NCBI GenBank assembly: GCA_017532725.1
Contig: JAFXIZ010000016.1
Coordinates: 43,317-107,316, forward strand
DNA length: 64,000 nucleotides
Direction: 5' to 3'
Source: Bacteroidaceae bacterium
GTDB lineage: Bacteria; Bacteroidota; Bacteroidia; Bacteroidales; Barnesiellaceae_A
Both the position numbers and the translations under genes were made by a program. Below the pieces are notes generated by a model, which saw nothing but the letters and a program-made list of their open reading frames with translations, had not been told where the DNA came from and searched no databases. Shown here piece by piece: positions 17,720 through 27,372 of the stretch. How positions within the stretch are numbered: the first letter of the stretch is position 1; every line of letters begins with the position of its first letter.

Positions 17720-20524
17720 ATGAAAAAGATTACTATTATCTCTTTGCTACTGATGTTTATGGGTTTCTTTGGTGTAGCCAATGCTGCAACCATAACCTAT
17801 AGCATTCAAGATGGTGCTACGATGGAAGAGTTTGATGGCGTATTTACTATCACCATCGAAGGCGCCACCGACATTGAAGTGACCCCATACAAGTACTTCT
17901 ATCTGTATTCCGGTAACTCAGAGGGTTCTCCAAAGATGAAAGCAAGTTGCGAGGCTATGTTTGATAAAACTACAAATGTTTTCACTGTTACCTTCCCCAG
18001 TTACAATATGTGGCCTGATTATCCTATTCAAACAAATGGCGATTATTGTATAATGATTCCTGCCGGTTTATATAAACTTGATGGTACAGAAAATGTGCAA
18101 GAGTATATTGATTTTACAATCGACGCACCCCGTAAGTATATCACTATGGAGGATGTTACCATCGATCCGGCTCCTTGCAAATTTGAAGAGATGATTCCTC
18201 AAATTACCATTACTTTGCCCGAGGAAGTTACTTCGGTTGACTTCAATGAAGTTGCTGCCGGTTCTTCAGATTATTATGGCAAAATCACTGCAAAGGCTCA
18301 ATTCGGTTCGGTTTACAATGGCCAAATGAACAGCCCTGTCGGAGAGTATGATATTGCAGTAGAAGGAAACAAACTGATTCTTACTCCTTCTGAAACACTT
18401 GAAGCCAGTGATTTGCGTGAAGGCGAATGGGGCGTTCGCATCTTGAGAAATTCGATGTATTTCAATGGCGACAAGACCAAAACCAACGATATATTGCTTT
18501 TTGCTCCCTATGTATATCCTCGATTCTTGAAGATGATGTTTACTCCCGAAAGCGGCAGTAAAATTATCGATATGAGCAAGTTTGTTGCTAAGATTGATGG
18601 TGTAACAGCTGTTGCCGATGAAAGTATTGTTTCGACACTCTCTATGCTTAATACAGAATCAGACCAATATGAGTATGTGTGCGATATGACCGTTACAACG
18701 GCTATTAAACAAGATTCTTGGGGTTATGATTATACTGAGGTTGTGTTAACCCCCAATACAACTGCTACTCTCGATTATGGTAAGTATAAAATAGAGATGC
18801 CCAAGGGAGCTGTGAAATCTACAGCAGACCAACCCGATTTGAGCGCTCCCACTACTCTTGAGTATGAGTATATCGAAATGCCTCAAATCAGCCTTGTTCC
18901 CACTTGGAGCATTGAAGAGGGCGGTGTTGTGGCTCAATTCACCGAAGTGACAATGACATTCCCTGAAGCTACACAAATAGACTATGTAGGTCAGTATAAC
19001 TACGACGCAGTTATCTCTATCAATGAGGTTGTTGATGGTGTGGCTACACCTTGGGGTGGTAATATGGGCTTCCTTGACGTAAAAATTACGGGTAACCAAG
19101 TGAGATTGTTTATGGATGAGGGTTCGTTCTATCCCAACTATCCTATTGACAAAGATGGAGAATATCGCGTGATTGTTCCCAAAGGCAAGTTCGCTTTCGA
19201 AGGCGTTGAAACTTATACCAACGAAGAATTGGTTTTGAATTTCAAGGTTGATGCTCCCGATCCCGCTATTCCGGCCAATTGCGCTACTATCGACCCTGCT
19301 CCCTCATTAGTTACAGATATGGCAGGTCCCTACACAATCACTCTCGATGGTGTTGAAGGCGAAATTTCGGTAGTGGAAACTACAGAAGAGGTGTATGATT
19401 ATAACACCGGCGAATATGTACAAGTAACAGGTCCTGCCAAGGCTCAATTGATGATAAACTTTGGTGGCTATTATATGCAACAATGGGGTAGTTATGACAT
19501 CGCAGTAGATGGTAATAAACTCACACTCACTCCCGATGAGGCGATGCAAAATAACCTCTACTTTGAGCCTTCAGATTATCAAATCGTTATACCCAAAGGT
19601 GTACTTATCGTAGATAATGATCCTACTAAGACAAATGCTCGTTTAGAGTTTGGCTGGTACACTATAGAGCGTGTTATTAAATTGACCTTTGTAGAGCCCG
19701 AGCCCCAAGCCGTAGTTGAAAAACTTTCGACATTCACTCTTAGTTCAGATGCTTATTCAACTCCTACAACTATTGATAATTCGCTTATTACCATAGCTAA
19801 ATTGGATGAAACTACCGGTGAATATACAGTGCTGGATAATGCTATTGAGGCAACAGCAGCAATGGGTCCGGAATATTATTGTGATTTCACATTGAATCTT
19901 GCTCAAGAGATAACAGAAGCCGGCAAGTACAAAGTTACTGTAGGTAAGAGTGCATTCTTCTGGGACGAGTATATGGAGGATTATGGCAATGCCGTAATCG
20001 AAGGTGTATTTGAAGTCAAGGGTGCCATTACTCCCGAGCAAGCGTTTGCTCCTATCGCTGTAGATCCTGAAGAGGGTGAGGTAAAATCGATTAAAGATAT
20101 CACAATCACATTCGATAACCAATACTTTGCAAATGGTTTGTGGTGTGAGGATAATGCCGAGGCTAAAGTTTACAATGAGGCCGAAGAGGTTATTGCTACA
20201 GCTGGCATTGTAGCCGATGCAGCCGACGCTAAGATTACAATCTCGTTTGCCGAAGAAATTCGCTCAGTAGGTACATTCGATGTTGTAATAGAGCAAGGTA
20301 TGATCTCGGATTATGATAAACCCGAATTCGTAAATCCCGAAATACGTTTGACTTATAACATAGTAGTAGCCGGTATCGATGCTGTTGAGAAAGACGCTAA
20401 AGTGCTTACAGTAGTATCTATAAACGGTGTTGTAGTTAAAGAAAACGCTTCGTGGAATGAAATTTCTAACTTGGAGAATGGTGTCTATATCGTAAACGGA
20501 CAAAAAGTACTCGTTCGCAAGTAA
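17720..20524 (+). CDS. large secreted protein of unknown function with a duplicated ~380-aa module, T9SS CTD-like end
   Basis: Signal peptide MKKITIISLLLMFMGFFGVANA. An internal duplication is visible in paired segments: WPDYPIQTNGDYCIMIPAGLYKLDG / YPNYPIDKDGEYRVIVPKGKFAFEG; IDFTIDAP / LNFKVDAP; VTIDPAP / ATIDPAP; YDIAVEGNKLILTPSE / YDIAVDGNKLTLTPDE; DKTKTNDILLF / DPTKTNARLEF. The C-terminus is VLTVVSINGVVVKENASWNEISNLENGVYIVNGQKVLVRK. It starts 29 nt after the previous gene. Confidence 0.7.
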   Translation: MKKITIISLLLMFMGFFGVANAATITYSIQDGATMEEFDGVFTITIEGATDIEVTPYKYFYLYSGNSEGSPKMKASCEAMFDKTTNVFTVTFPSYNMWPDYPIQTNGDYCIMIPAGLYKLDGTENVQEYIDFTIDAPRKYITMEDVTIDPAPCKFEEMIPQITITLPEEVTSVDFNEVAAGSSDYYGKITAKAQFGSVYNGQMNSPVGEYDIAVEGNKLILTPSETLEASDLREGEWGVRILRNSMYFNGDKTKTNDILLFAPYVYPRFLKMMFTPESGSKIIDMSKFVAKIDGVTAVADESIVSTLSMLNTESDQYEYVCDMTVTTAIKQDSWGYDYTEVVLTPNTTATLDYGKYKIEMPKGAVKSTADQPDLSAPTTLEYEYIEMPQISLVPTWSIEEGGVVAQFTEVTMTFPEATQIDYVGQYNYDAVISINEVVDGVATPWGGNMGFLDVKITGNQVRLFMDEGSFYPNYPIDKDGEYRVIVPKGKFAFEGVETYTNEELVLNFKVDAPDPAIPANCATIDPAPSLVTDMAGPYTITLDGVEGEISVVETTEEVYDYNTGEYVQVTGPAKAQLMINFGGYYMQQWGSYDIAVDGNKLTLTPDEAMQNNLYFEPSDYQIVIPKGVLIVDNDPTKTNARLEFGWYTIERVIKLTFVEPEPQAVVEKLSTFTLSSDAYSTPTTIDNSLITIAKLDETTGEYTVLDNAIEATAAMGPEYYCDFTLNLAQEITEAGKYKVTVGKSAFFWDEYMEDYGNAVIEGVFEVKGAITPEQAFAPIAVDPEEGEVKSIKDITITFDNQYFANGLWCEDNAEAKVYNEAEEVIATAGIVADAADAKITISFAEEIRSVGTFDVVIEQGMISDYDKPEFVNPEIRLTYNIVVAGIDAVEKDAKVLTVVSINGVVVKENASWNEISNLENGVYIVNGQKVLVRK

Positions 20525-20567
20525 TATAGAAAAGCTTTTCTTGCAACAGTAATGTTGTAAAATCTAT

Positions 20568-20606
20568 AGCGATGGCGCATTGCAAGATGCGCCATCGCTC
20601 TTTTGT
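20568..20606 (+). terminator. intrinsic terminator after the cargo operon
   Basis: AGCGATGGCGCAT (20568-20580) pairs with ATGCGCCATCGCT (20587-20599), a 13-bp perfect stem, followed by CTTTTGTG. Confidence 0.65.
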
Positions 20607-20812
20607 GTTGCGAGCATTGTATTTAAATGTTTAGCGATGAGCCGATGTAGGCGTATGTTATACTTTTTCTTCACTCTGTTTCCCGTTAGGAAAATGCAAA
20701 GTAGGGTTTATGCAGTGGGGGTAAAAATAATAAATCGTTAAGCCTATAGCGTTGGTAAATTATTTATGCGTAAAAAGTTATTTAAAAATTTGGAGTCAAT
20801 TAATAAAAGCAG

Positions 20813-20820
20813 TACTTTTG
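20813..20820 (+). promoter_or_regulatory. -7 promoter box TACTTTTG for rplU-rpmA
   Basis: Matches TAnnTTTG, 83 nt upstream of the rplU ATG. Confidence 0.4.
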
Positions 20821-20903
20821 TGGGCTGATTCTGTTTCGGGCTTAAAAAGAGTTGTCACGATGACACCGCCCGGCAGAGATAACCTGAATATTAATAAATT
20901 AAA

Positions 20904-21242
20904 ATGTACGTAATCGTAGAAATTCAGGGACAACAATTCAAAGTCGAAGAAGGCAAGAAATTGTTTGTTCATTACTTGGGTGCCGAGCACGGTTCAGTAC
21001 TCGAGTTTGACAAAGTCCTTTTGGTGGACAAAGACGGTGATGTAACCGTAGGTGCTCCCACTGTAGAAGGCGCAAAAGTAGTATGTGAAGTAGTTTCGTC
21101 TGATGGTAACTATGGCAAGCCCGGTCTTGTAAAGGGTGAGCGCATCATCGTCTTCAAGAAGAAACGTCGCAAAGGTTATCGTCGTTTGAACGGTCACCGT
21201 CAAAGCTTCACCGAAGTGTTAGTTAAAGAAATAGTTGCTTAA
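20904..21242 (+). CDS. rplU: 50S ribosomal protein L21
   Basis: [23 protein letters not shown]...[23 protein letters not shown] is the canonical L21 sequence pattern. Confidence 0.95.
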   Translation: MYVIVEIQGQQFKVEEGKKLFVHYLGAEHGSVLEFDKVLLVDKDGDVTVGAPTVEGAKVVCEVVSSDGNYGKPGLVKGERIIVFKKKRRKGYRRLNGHRQSFTEVLVKEIVA

Positions 21243-21260
21243 CCTTAAAATTGTAGAAAA

Positions 21261-21518
21261 ATGGCACATAAGAAAGGTGTAGGTAGTTCTAAGAACGGTC
21301 GTGAATCACATAGCAAGCGACTCGGCGTTAAGGTTTACGGTGGTCAAGTAGCAAAAGCCGGCAACATTTTGGTTCGTCAAAGAGGTACAGTTCACCATCC
21401 CGGTGAGAACGTAGGTTTGGGTAAAGACCACACCCTCTTCGCTCTCGTTGATGGTACAGTTGTTTTCCGTAAAAAGAAAGACAACCGTTCGTATGTATCA
21501 GTAGAACCTATGAACTAA
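21261..21518 (+). CDS. rpmA: 50S ribosomal protein L27
   Basis: [29 protein letters not shown]...[10 protein letters not shown] is the canonical L27 N-terminus. Confidence 0.95.
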   Translation: MAHKKGVGSSKNGRESHSKRLGVKVYGGQVAKAGNILVRQRGTVHHPGENVGLGKDHTLFALVDGTVVFRKKKDNRSYVSVEPMN

Positions 21519-21543
21519 TCGGAAACGATACTGCGAAAAATAT

Positions 21544-21575
21544 ACGGTCGGAAGCATTGCTTTCGACCGTTTTTT
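21544..21575 (+). terminator. intrinsic terminator after rpmA
   Basis: ACGGTCGGAAG pairs with CTTTCGACCGT (11 bp, one G-U), followed by TTTTTGT. Confidence 0.65.
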
Positions 21576-21603
21576 GTATCTGTTATTCTGCTGTAGGGGG
21601 TGG

Positions 21604-22140
21604 CTATTCGGCTATTTTGGTTGTGAATACAGCCGATGTGTATCCTTGTGAAGTCTTAATCCATTGGGGCAGGGTGGCTACCTCGCTATAGCCACAATGA
21701 GCAAAGACGTGGCGTGAGGGGGCGTTGTCGGTCGAGATGATGGCATACAAGTGGTGGATGCCCAAGAACTCTTGGGCATAGACACTTAACAGGCCGAGCA
21801 TCAGTCTGCCATATCCTTTGCATCGCATATTGGGGGCGATATAGATGCCTACGCCGCAGCGACTGTTACGAGGGTCGTAGTCGTAGAGGTCGGCTATGCC
21901 TATTTTGTTGCCCGTTTTTCGCTCTATCGCAATAAGGCGCAATTGCCTGTCGGCATATAGGTCGGCTCGGTATTGCTCGATATATTGCTGCAAGATATGT
22001 CGCGACATAGGGGCTACTGTAGCCGATGCGCTCCACGCTTGGGAGTCGTTCTCGGCCAAGTACAAGAAGTCGATGTCATCAGGCTCTACGGCGCGTAATG
22101 CAATACCCTCTTTTTCTATGAGTGATGTCGTGTTGTTCAT
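21604..22140 (-). CDS. GNAT family N-acetyltransferase
   Basis: Trimmed to ATG at 22140 (MNNTTSLIEKEGIALRAVEPDDIDFLY...), which overlaps the upstream stop as ATGA. The acetyl-CoA motif region reads GIYIAPNMRCKGYGRLML. Confidence 0.75.
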   Translation of the reverse strand: MNNTTSLIEKEGIALRAVEPDDIDFLYLAENDSQAWSASATVAPMSRHILQQYIEQYRADLYADRQLRLIAIERKTGNKIGIADLYDYDPRNSRCGVGIYIAPNMRCKGYGRLMLGLLSVYAQEFLGIHHLYAIISTDNAPSRHVFAHCGYSEVATLPQWIKTSQGYTSAVFTTKIAE

Positions 22141-22907
22141 ATCTTTCGATGTTTGCGATAGAAATAGATAAGTGCCTCGGTATGCTTGCGTGCTATGGTC
22201 GAGAAGAGATTGCGATTGGTAATGCGCTTCCAATGGTGTATGATATTTACTTGAGGCAGGTAGGCTATCTGCCAGCCGAGTGCGCGTGTGCGTAGGCAAT
22301 AATCGGCATCTTCAGGCCCGTAGAAGATGTTTTCATCCAACAGCCCGGCCTTTTCAATAACTTCGCGACGTATTAATTGACAAGCACCTATAATATATAC
22401 AGGCTCAAATGGTTGTCCTGTCGCTAACTGCTCCTTGTAGGGGTCGGAAGGATTGCCTTTGCAGTGCAATATGCTGCGCAGTACATTGCGCATTTTAATC
22501 TTTAATCCCGGATAAGGCTTGTAACTTTGTTGTATTTCGCCGTTATTGCAAGTCAGTTGGCATCCACAAATGCCACATTCGGGGTGTTGCTGCATATATT
22601 GCAGCATAGTGGCAAGTGCCTCACGATTGGTGACAGTGTCGTCATCGAGCAACCACACGAAATTGCCTTTGGCGAGTTCTATGCCTCGGTTGCGTGCGTA
22701 TGCAACGCCCTTGTTCTGTGGTAATCGACGGTAGGTTATACCTTTATAATTCTCGGCAATAAAACGGTCGGTTCCATCGGTCGAGCCGTTGTCGATAACG
22801 ATAATTTCGCTATCGGCAGTAGCCTGTAGCGTATCTTGCAGCGAAGCAAGTGCCTCGCGCAGGTACGTCAGTGAGTTCCAGCATATAAGTACGACCGATA
22901 GTTGCAT
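22137..22907 (-). CDS. glycosyltransferase family 2
   Basis: LSVVLICWNSLTYLREALASL...VIDNGSTDGT...WLLDDDT is the GT-A fold with a DxD motif. The start overlaps the upstream stop by 1 nt (TAATG). Confidence 0.85.
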   Translation of the reverse strand: MQLSVVLICWNSLTYLREALASLQDTLQATADSEIIVIDNGSTDGTDRFIAENYKGITYRRLPQNKGVAYARNRGIELAKGNFVWLLDDDTVTNREALATMLQYMQQHPECGICGCQLTCNNGEIQQSYKPYPGLKIKMRNVLRSILHCKGNPSDPYKEQLATGQPFEPVYIIGACQLIRREVIEKAGLLDENIFYGPEDADYCLRTRALGWQIAYLPQVNIIHHWKRITNRNLFSTIARKHTEALIYFYRKHRKI

Positions 22908-24343
22908 TATCCAAACAGTTTTATTTTGAGTGCCTTAAGGGCGTGAATAAACTCCGATATATTTGTAAACTTGCGCAAGTGTGACCACACGACGTATGGC
23001 GATAGGAAGTAGCGCAGGTTGTATTGGTATAGTATCTTTTCCATATCGCGCGCCGATAGGTGTGGATAGTTCAGTATCGACTCGCGTTGGGCATTGGTTG
23101 GGGTGTATTCGCCCCCGACAATCCAACCGTTCTCCTTCGCCAACTTATAAAATTCGGTGCCGGGGAAGGGCGAAACGATGTTAAACATAATCTGGTCAAC
23201 ACGCAGTTTCTGTGCTTGTCGCAGTGTGTCGCGCAGTGTCTCCTTAGTTTCAAGGGGGCTTGTGCCTATGAGAATATTGAGTTTGACAGGTACTTTATAT
23301 TTCTTGAGCAGGCGTATGGCTGTGTAGATTTGCTCGCGAGTGATACCTTTCTTGATAAACTTGAGTATCTCATCGTTAAACGACTCTACACCGAGGTCAA
23401 CATATAGGCATCCCGATTCGCCCAGCATACGGGCTATAGGCTCGGTGATGGTATCTACTCGTGCCTGACACCCCCATTTGAAGCCATACTTTTTCAGTGC
23501 ATCGCATAGTCCGCGAGTGCGCTCCTCATCCCATATAAATTCATCATCCATAAATCCTATGGCGCGATATCCGGCTTCGTGCAACTCTTGCAACTCTCTT
23601 TCGACGCTCTCTATTGAACGGAATGAAATGGGGGGCTTGCGATTATTGTCGCGACGATATTCCAACTCCCGAGCAAACGATAACGAACTTGGCACGCAAT
23701 AGATGCAATGGAACGGACAATTGCGCGATGTTATCATCGTTGTGTAGGGCGAAGTCTTCAGTTTGGGGTTATGGTATTGCCTATGGGCTATGTGATGTCG
23801 TGCAGGGAAGGGTAACTCGTCGAAACTCTTGGTGATAGGACGTGCTGCGTTGCGTTTGATTTCCCCCTTGTGCAGGTAGGAAATGCCTTGTATCTCATCC
23901 CACGCCTTGTTGTCGCGAATGGCGTTGGTCCATTCGAGGGTGGTGTATTCCGGCTCGCCACGCACCACTACATCGCGTTCATTGGCAATATATAAATGGG
24001 TAAAGTAAGTTGCCCCGGGGCCTATAAAGCAGACGTAGGCATAGGGATGTGCTTGGCGAATGATATCACGCGCTTGTATATCGGCCGTGCGTGATAGATT
24101 TACACTCCATATATAGTATATGTCGCTATTGTCGGATGCGATAAATTGAGAAAAGTCGGCAGGACTCTTCTTATCGAACACGAAATCGCAATAGTTTACT
24201 TTGTAACCTTCTCTTTCGAGCATAGCCACAACGTATAGTTCGTATATGTTGGGCGCAGGATATACCACGCGAGTACAACCTGCTGTGCGTTCGGCAGGAG
24301 CATTAGGTGTAGGCTCGGGTGGTATGATAAAGGTTAACTTCAT
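22907..24343 (-). CDS. B12-binding domain-containing radical SAM protein
   Basis: An N-terminal Rossmann-like B12-binding region is followed by the radical SAM cluster motif SRNCPFHCIYC (CxxxCxxC) and a TIM-barrel-like remainder. 478 aa. Confidence 0.85.
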   Translation of the reverse strand: MKLTFIIPPEPTPNAPAERTAGCTRVVYPAPNIYELYVVAMLEREGYKVNYCDFVFDKKSPADFSQFIASDNSDIYYIWSVNLSRTADIQARDIIRQAHPYAYVCFIGPGATYFTHLYIANERDVVVRGEPEYTTLEWTNAIRDNKAWDEIQGISYLHKGEIKRNAARPITKSFDELPFPARHHIAHRQYHNPKLKTSPYTTMITSRNCPFHCIYCVPSSLSFARELEYRRDNNRKPPISFRSIESVERELQELHEAGYRAIGFMDDEFIWDEERTRGLCDALKKYGFKWGCQARVDTITEPIARMLGESGCLYVDLGVESFNDEILKFIKKGITREQIYTAIRLLKKYKVPVKLNILIGTSPLETKETLRDTLRQAQKLRVDQIMFNIVSPFPGTEFYKLAKENGWIVGGEYTPTNAQRESILNYPHLSARDMEKILYQYNLRYFLSPYVVWSHLRKFTNISEFIHALKALKIKLFG

Positions 24344-24396
24344 AATGCTGTGTTATATATTGAACGATTTCTATCGATGTTTTATTGTCGGGTGGT

Positions 24397-25020
24397 TTAT
24401 CCCTTGAAACTGTCGCTGAACGGTGTCCTGTTTAATATCGAGCGTCCGAGGGTTATCTCATCGGTGTACTCAAGTTCATCTCCGATGGAAACACCTCGCG
24501 CTATCAGCGTTATGCGCACATCATAGGGGGCAAGTTTGCGAAAGATGTAAAAGTTGGTGGTATCGCCCTCCATTGTGGCACTCAAGGCGAGAATAACCTC
24601 TTTCACCCCACCTTTAGCCACTCGCTGTACAAGGCTTTCAATCTCAAGGTCGGCAGGGCCTATGCCGTCCATAGGCGATATGACACCACCCAATACGTGA
24701 TAAAGCCCTCGAAATTGGCCTGTACCCTCGACAGCCATTACCTCGCGCACATTCTCGACAACGCATATCGTTGTGTTGTCGCGTGTGGTGTCGGCGCACA
24801 AAGCACACACGTCGGTGTCGCTGATGTTGTGGCACACCTTGCAGTATTTGATGTCTTGGCGTAGGCGTATAATAGCATTGCCGAAGTTTTCGGCTACCGA
24901 TTGCTCTTGGCGCAGCAAGTGCAGCACAAGGCGCAAGGCTGTCTTGCGACCTATACCGGGCAGTTTGGCAAATTTGCTTACTGCATTCTCAAGTAACTTT
25001 GATGCAAAATCGGTATTCAT
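24397..25020 (-). CDS. recR: recombination protein RecR
   Basis: HhH motif [13 protein letters not shown], zinc finger [16 protein letters not shown], and a Toprim domain with VEGDTT-like MEGDTT. Confidence 0.9.
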   Translation of the reverse strand: MNTDFASKLLENAVSKFAKLPGIGRKTALRLVLHLLRQEQSVAENFGNAIIRLRQDIKYCKVCHNISDTDVCALCADTTRDNTTICVVENVREVMAVEGTGQFRGLYHVLGGVISPMDGIGPADLEIESLVQRVAKGGVKEVILALSATMEGDTTNFYIFRKLAPYDVRITLIARGVSIGDELEYTDEITLGRSILNRTPFSDSFKG

Positions 25021-25031
25021 AAGGCTGCTTA

Positions 25032-26279
25032 TTATATCTTTTTGCCAAAGAGGGTGTCAAACAAGTCATCGTATATCATATCGGTAGCACCGGCATTCTG
25101 TGCTACGAATTTTCCGGCCTTGTTGCTCGTTGTCGATAGTTCTTCGGCGTTGGTTGCAAACAGGTCTAAATAGTTTTCCAACTGGCTGTAACTATTGATA
25201 GAGAAGGCACACTTCTGAGCAATCATATTGCGTGCTTCGCGAAATTTACGGAATTTCGGCCCGAAAATGACCGGCATACCATACACGGCTGCTTCGAGGA
25301 TGTTGTGGATGCCCGAGCCAAATCCACCTCCGATGTATGCCACTTGTCCGTATCGGTATATCGATGACAACAAGCCTATCGAGTCAACAATAAGGCATTC
25401 GGCTTGCTTGATGTTGGTGTCATTGGCTTGCGACAGGCGCAGATAGGGACGCTTGAGGCTACTCTCAATCTGTTGCAGATGTTCTTCGTGAATTTCGTGA
25501 GGCGCAATGATAAGGCGTTGCTTGTTGTGCGAGTTGAAGTATTTTATGATAATCTCCTCATCGGGTTGCCACGAACTGCCTACAATAAGGGTGTGATGAT
25601 TGGCAACAAACTCTTTGACTATAGGCAACTCCTTGGTGTTGCGATTGATGTCCAATACGCGATCGAAGCGAGTATCTCCGGCAACAGTCACGTTGTTTAC
25701 ATCGATGCTGTGTAGTAACTCTTTGGATGCTTCGTCTTGCACATATATGTGTGTGAAACAGTGTAGCATATTACGGAAGAAACTGCCACCACGACGGAAG
25801 AAGTTTTGGCTTTTACGGAATATGGCCGAGATGATGTAAGTGGGAATATTGCGACGTTGCAACTCGTGCAGATAGTTGCTCCAAAACTCATATTTTACGA
25901 AAATGGCTTGAGTGGGCTTTACGATGTCGAGAAAACGTGTAACGTTTGCAATGTGGTCGAATGGCAGATAACTAACAAAATCCACGCCATCGTAATTCTT
26001 GCGCACCTCATAACCCGAGGGCGAGAAGAAGGTGAGCAATATGCGCTGATTGGGTTGGTTGGCGCGTATGCGCTCAATAAGGGGGCGTCCTTGTTCAAAT
26101 TCGCCCAACGAGGCTGCGTGAATCCAAATGTAGCCTCCCTCGGGATGTAGATTTTTCTGTAGCAGGTCGAGTGCCTTGCTCTCGCCTTCCGACAGTTTGC
26201 GAGCCTTGGCATTACAATTTCCTGCCAACTTTACCATCCCTTGATAACACTTTATCCCTATGTTATATAGTATTCCCAT
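25032..26279 (-). CDS. waaA: 3-deoxy-D-manno-octulosonic acid (Kdo) transferase
   Basis: [22 protein letters not shown]...[12 protein letters not shown] is the characteristic KdtA/WaaA N-domain. The C-terminal GT-B half contains GGSFGSGIHN-like [13 protein letters not shown]. Confidence 0.85.
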   Translation of the reverse strand: MGILYNIGIKCYQGMVKLAGNCNAKARKLSEGESKALDLLQKNLHPEGGYIWIHAASLGEFEQGRPLIERIRANQPNQRILLTFFSPSGYEVRKNYDGVDFVSYLPFDHIANVTRFLDIVKPTQAIFVKYEFWSNYLHELQRRNIPTYIISAIFRKSQNFFRRGGSFFRNMLHCFTHIYVQDEASKELLHSIDVNNVTVAGDTRFDRVLDINRNTKELPIVKEFVANHHTLIVGSSWQPDEEIIIKYFNSHNKQRLIIAPHEIHEEHLQQIESSLKRPYLRLSQANDTNIKQAECLIVDSIGLLSSIYRYGQVAYIGGGFGSGIHNILEAAVYGMPVIFGPKFRKFREARNMIAQKCAFSINSYSQLENYLDLFATNAEELSTTSNKAGKFVAQNAGATDMIYDDLFDTLFGKKI

Positions 26280-26286
26280 TGCTATT

Positions 26287-27372
26287 TTAATAGAATATAT
26301 TGGGTATGCGTTGCTTTGATTTATGTTTCTCTTTAAAGTCTTGGTCGATATATGCTCTTACCACAAGTTGCTGTTGCCAGCCCCATTCGCCCGGTGTGAA
26401 ATAAAAGTTTACCGATGCAAAGCAGTTGACAAAACTATTGCGAAAGATGTAACCATATATGTCCAATCGGTTATGCCATTCTGTACCATAATAACTCTCG
26501 CCTTGGTATAGCGTGTGTCCTAAATGATTGAATAGTGTCTGTGCCGGTGTTCCGTAGTAGAATTTATTGCGAACTCCCAAGTATTTCCACTCCACTGTAA
26601 GGTCGGCAACAAAGGCGTGCGATGTAATCCATTCCGTTACGCCTCTCTCTCGGTCGAATGTGGCAAGGTAGCCACAGCGTAAGGTTAGTGAATCTAATAC
26701 AGTGCGATGCGAGAAATCTACTCCTACATAGGGGCGTAGCATAATGTTGTCGGTAACGTGCGTAGCCTTATCGGCCGGCTCGTTCTTGGCTCTTGCCAAG
26801 TGATTCATTACGGCTGCACCTCCGGCAAACAACCACGGTGTAATGATAATGCGACCCTGACCTACTATCATAAATGCCTCTCGTGTGCTTTCGGTGGGGA
26901 GTCCTCGCCAATCGGCCAATAATTCGACGTATCCCAATTGGCTGCGATGTTGAAACAATGCACCTTGTATGTTGGGGCTGAAGAACGATAGCGAATCGGT
27001 TCTCAAAAAGTCGTCGAGTGGCTCAATAAGTTGCGTGCGAGGAAACATACCCATCGACATTGCAAACTTGTGCGTGTTGTAGCGATAGTAGATTGTGGGC
27101 TTGAATGACGACAATTCTATGCGACTATCGATGGGTTGTACCCAAGAAATACCGGCTACGATGCTGTGATTCTTAAACCCGATACCCACTGTAGGAGTGA
27201 GACGGGTGGCAAAAAGCGTCTCCGACGTCATACGCTCATACTTGTACTCTCTATTGTCGAAATAGGGTACAACTTCGGCGCTCCACAACAATTTTTGTGC
27301 AGAACAGTGTATTATGCAAGAGCCTATCAAGCATAATACCAACGTCGCTATTTTAGACGCTTTTGCGGCCAT
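26287..27372 (-). CDS. predicted outer-membrane beta-barrel protein (DUF4421-like)
   Basis: It has a signal peptide, alternating aromatic/hydrophilic beta-strand pattern and a C-terminal ...NIFY. The position between gltX and waaA matches my recollection of DUF4421 genes in Bacteroidales. The start overlaps the gltX stop by 1 nt. Confidence 0.5.
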   Translation of the reverse strand: MAAKASKIATLVLCLIGSCIIHCSAQKLLWSAEVVPYFDNREYKYERMTSETLFATRLTPTVGIGFKNHSIVAGISWVQPIDSRIELSSFKPTIYYRYNTHKFAMSMGMFPRTQLIEPLDDFLRTDSLSFFSPNIQGALFQHRSQLGYVELLADWRGLPTESTREAFMIVGQGRIIITPWLFAGGAAVMNHLARAKNEPADKATHVTDNIMLRPYVGVDFSHRTVLDSLTLRCGYLATFDRERGVTEWITSHAFVADLTVEWKYLGVRNKFYYGTPAQTLFNHLGHTLYQGESYYGTEWHNRLDIYGYIFRNSFVNCFASVNFYFTPGEWGWQQQLVVRAYIDQDFKEKHKSKQRIPNIFY

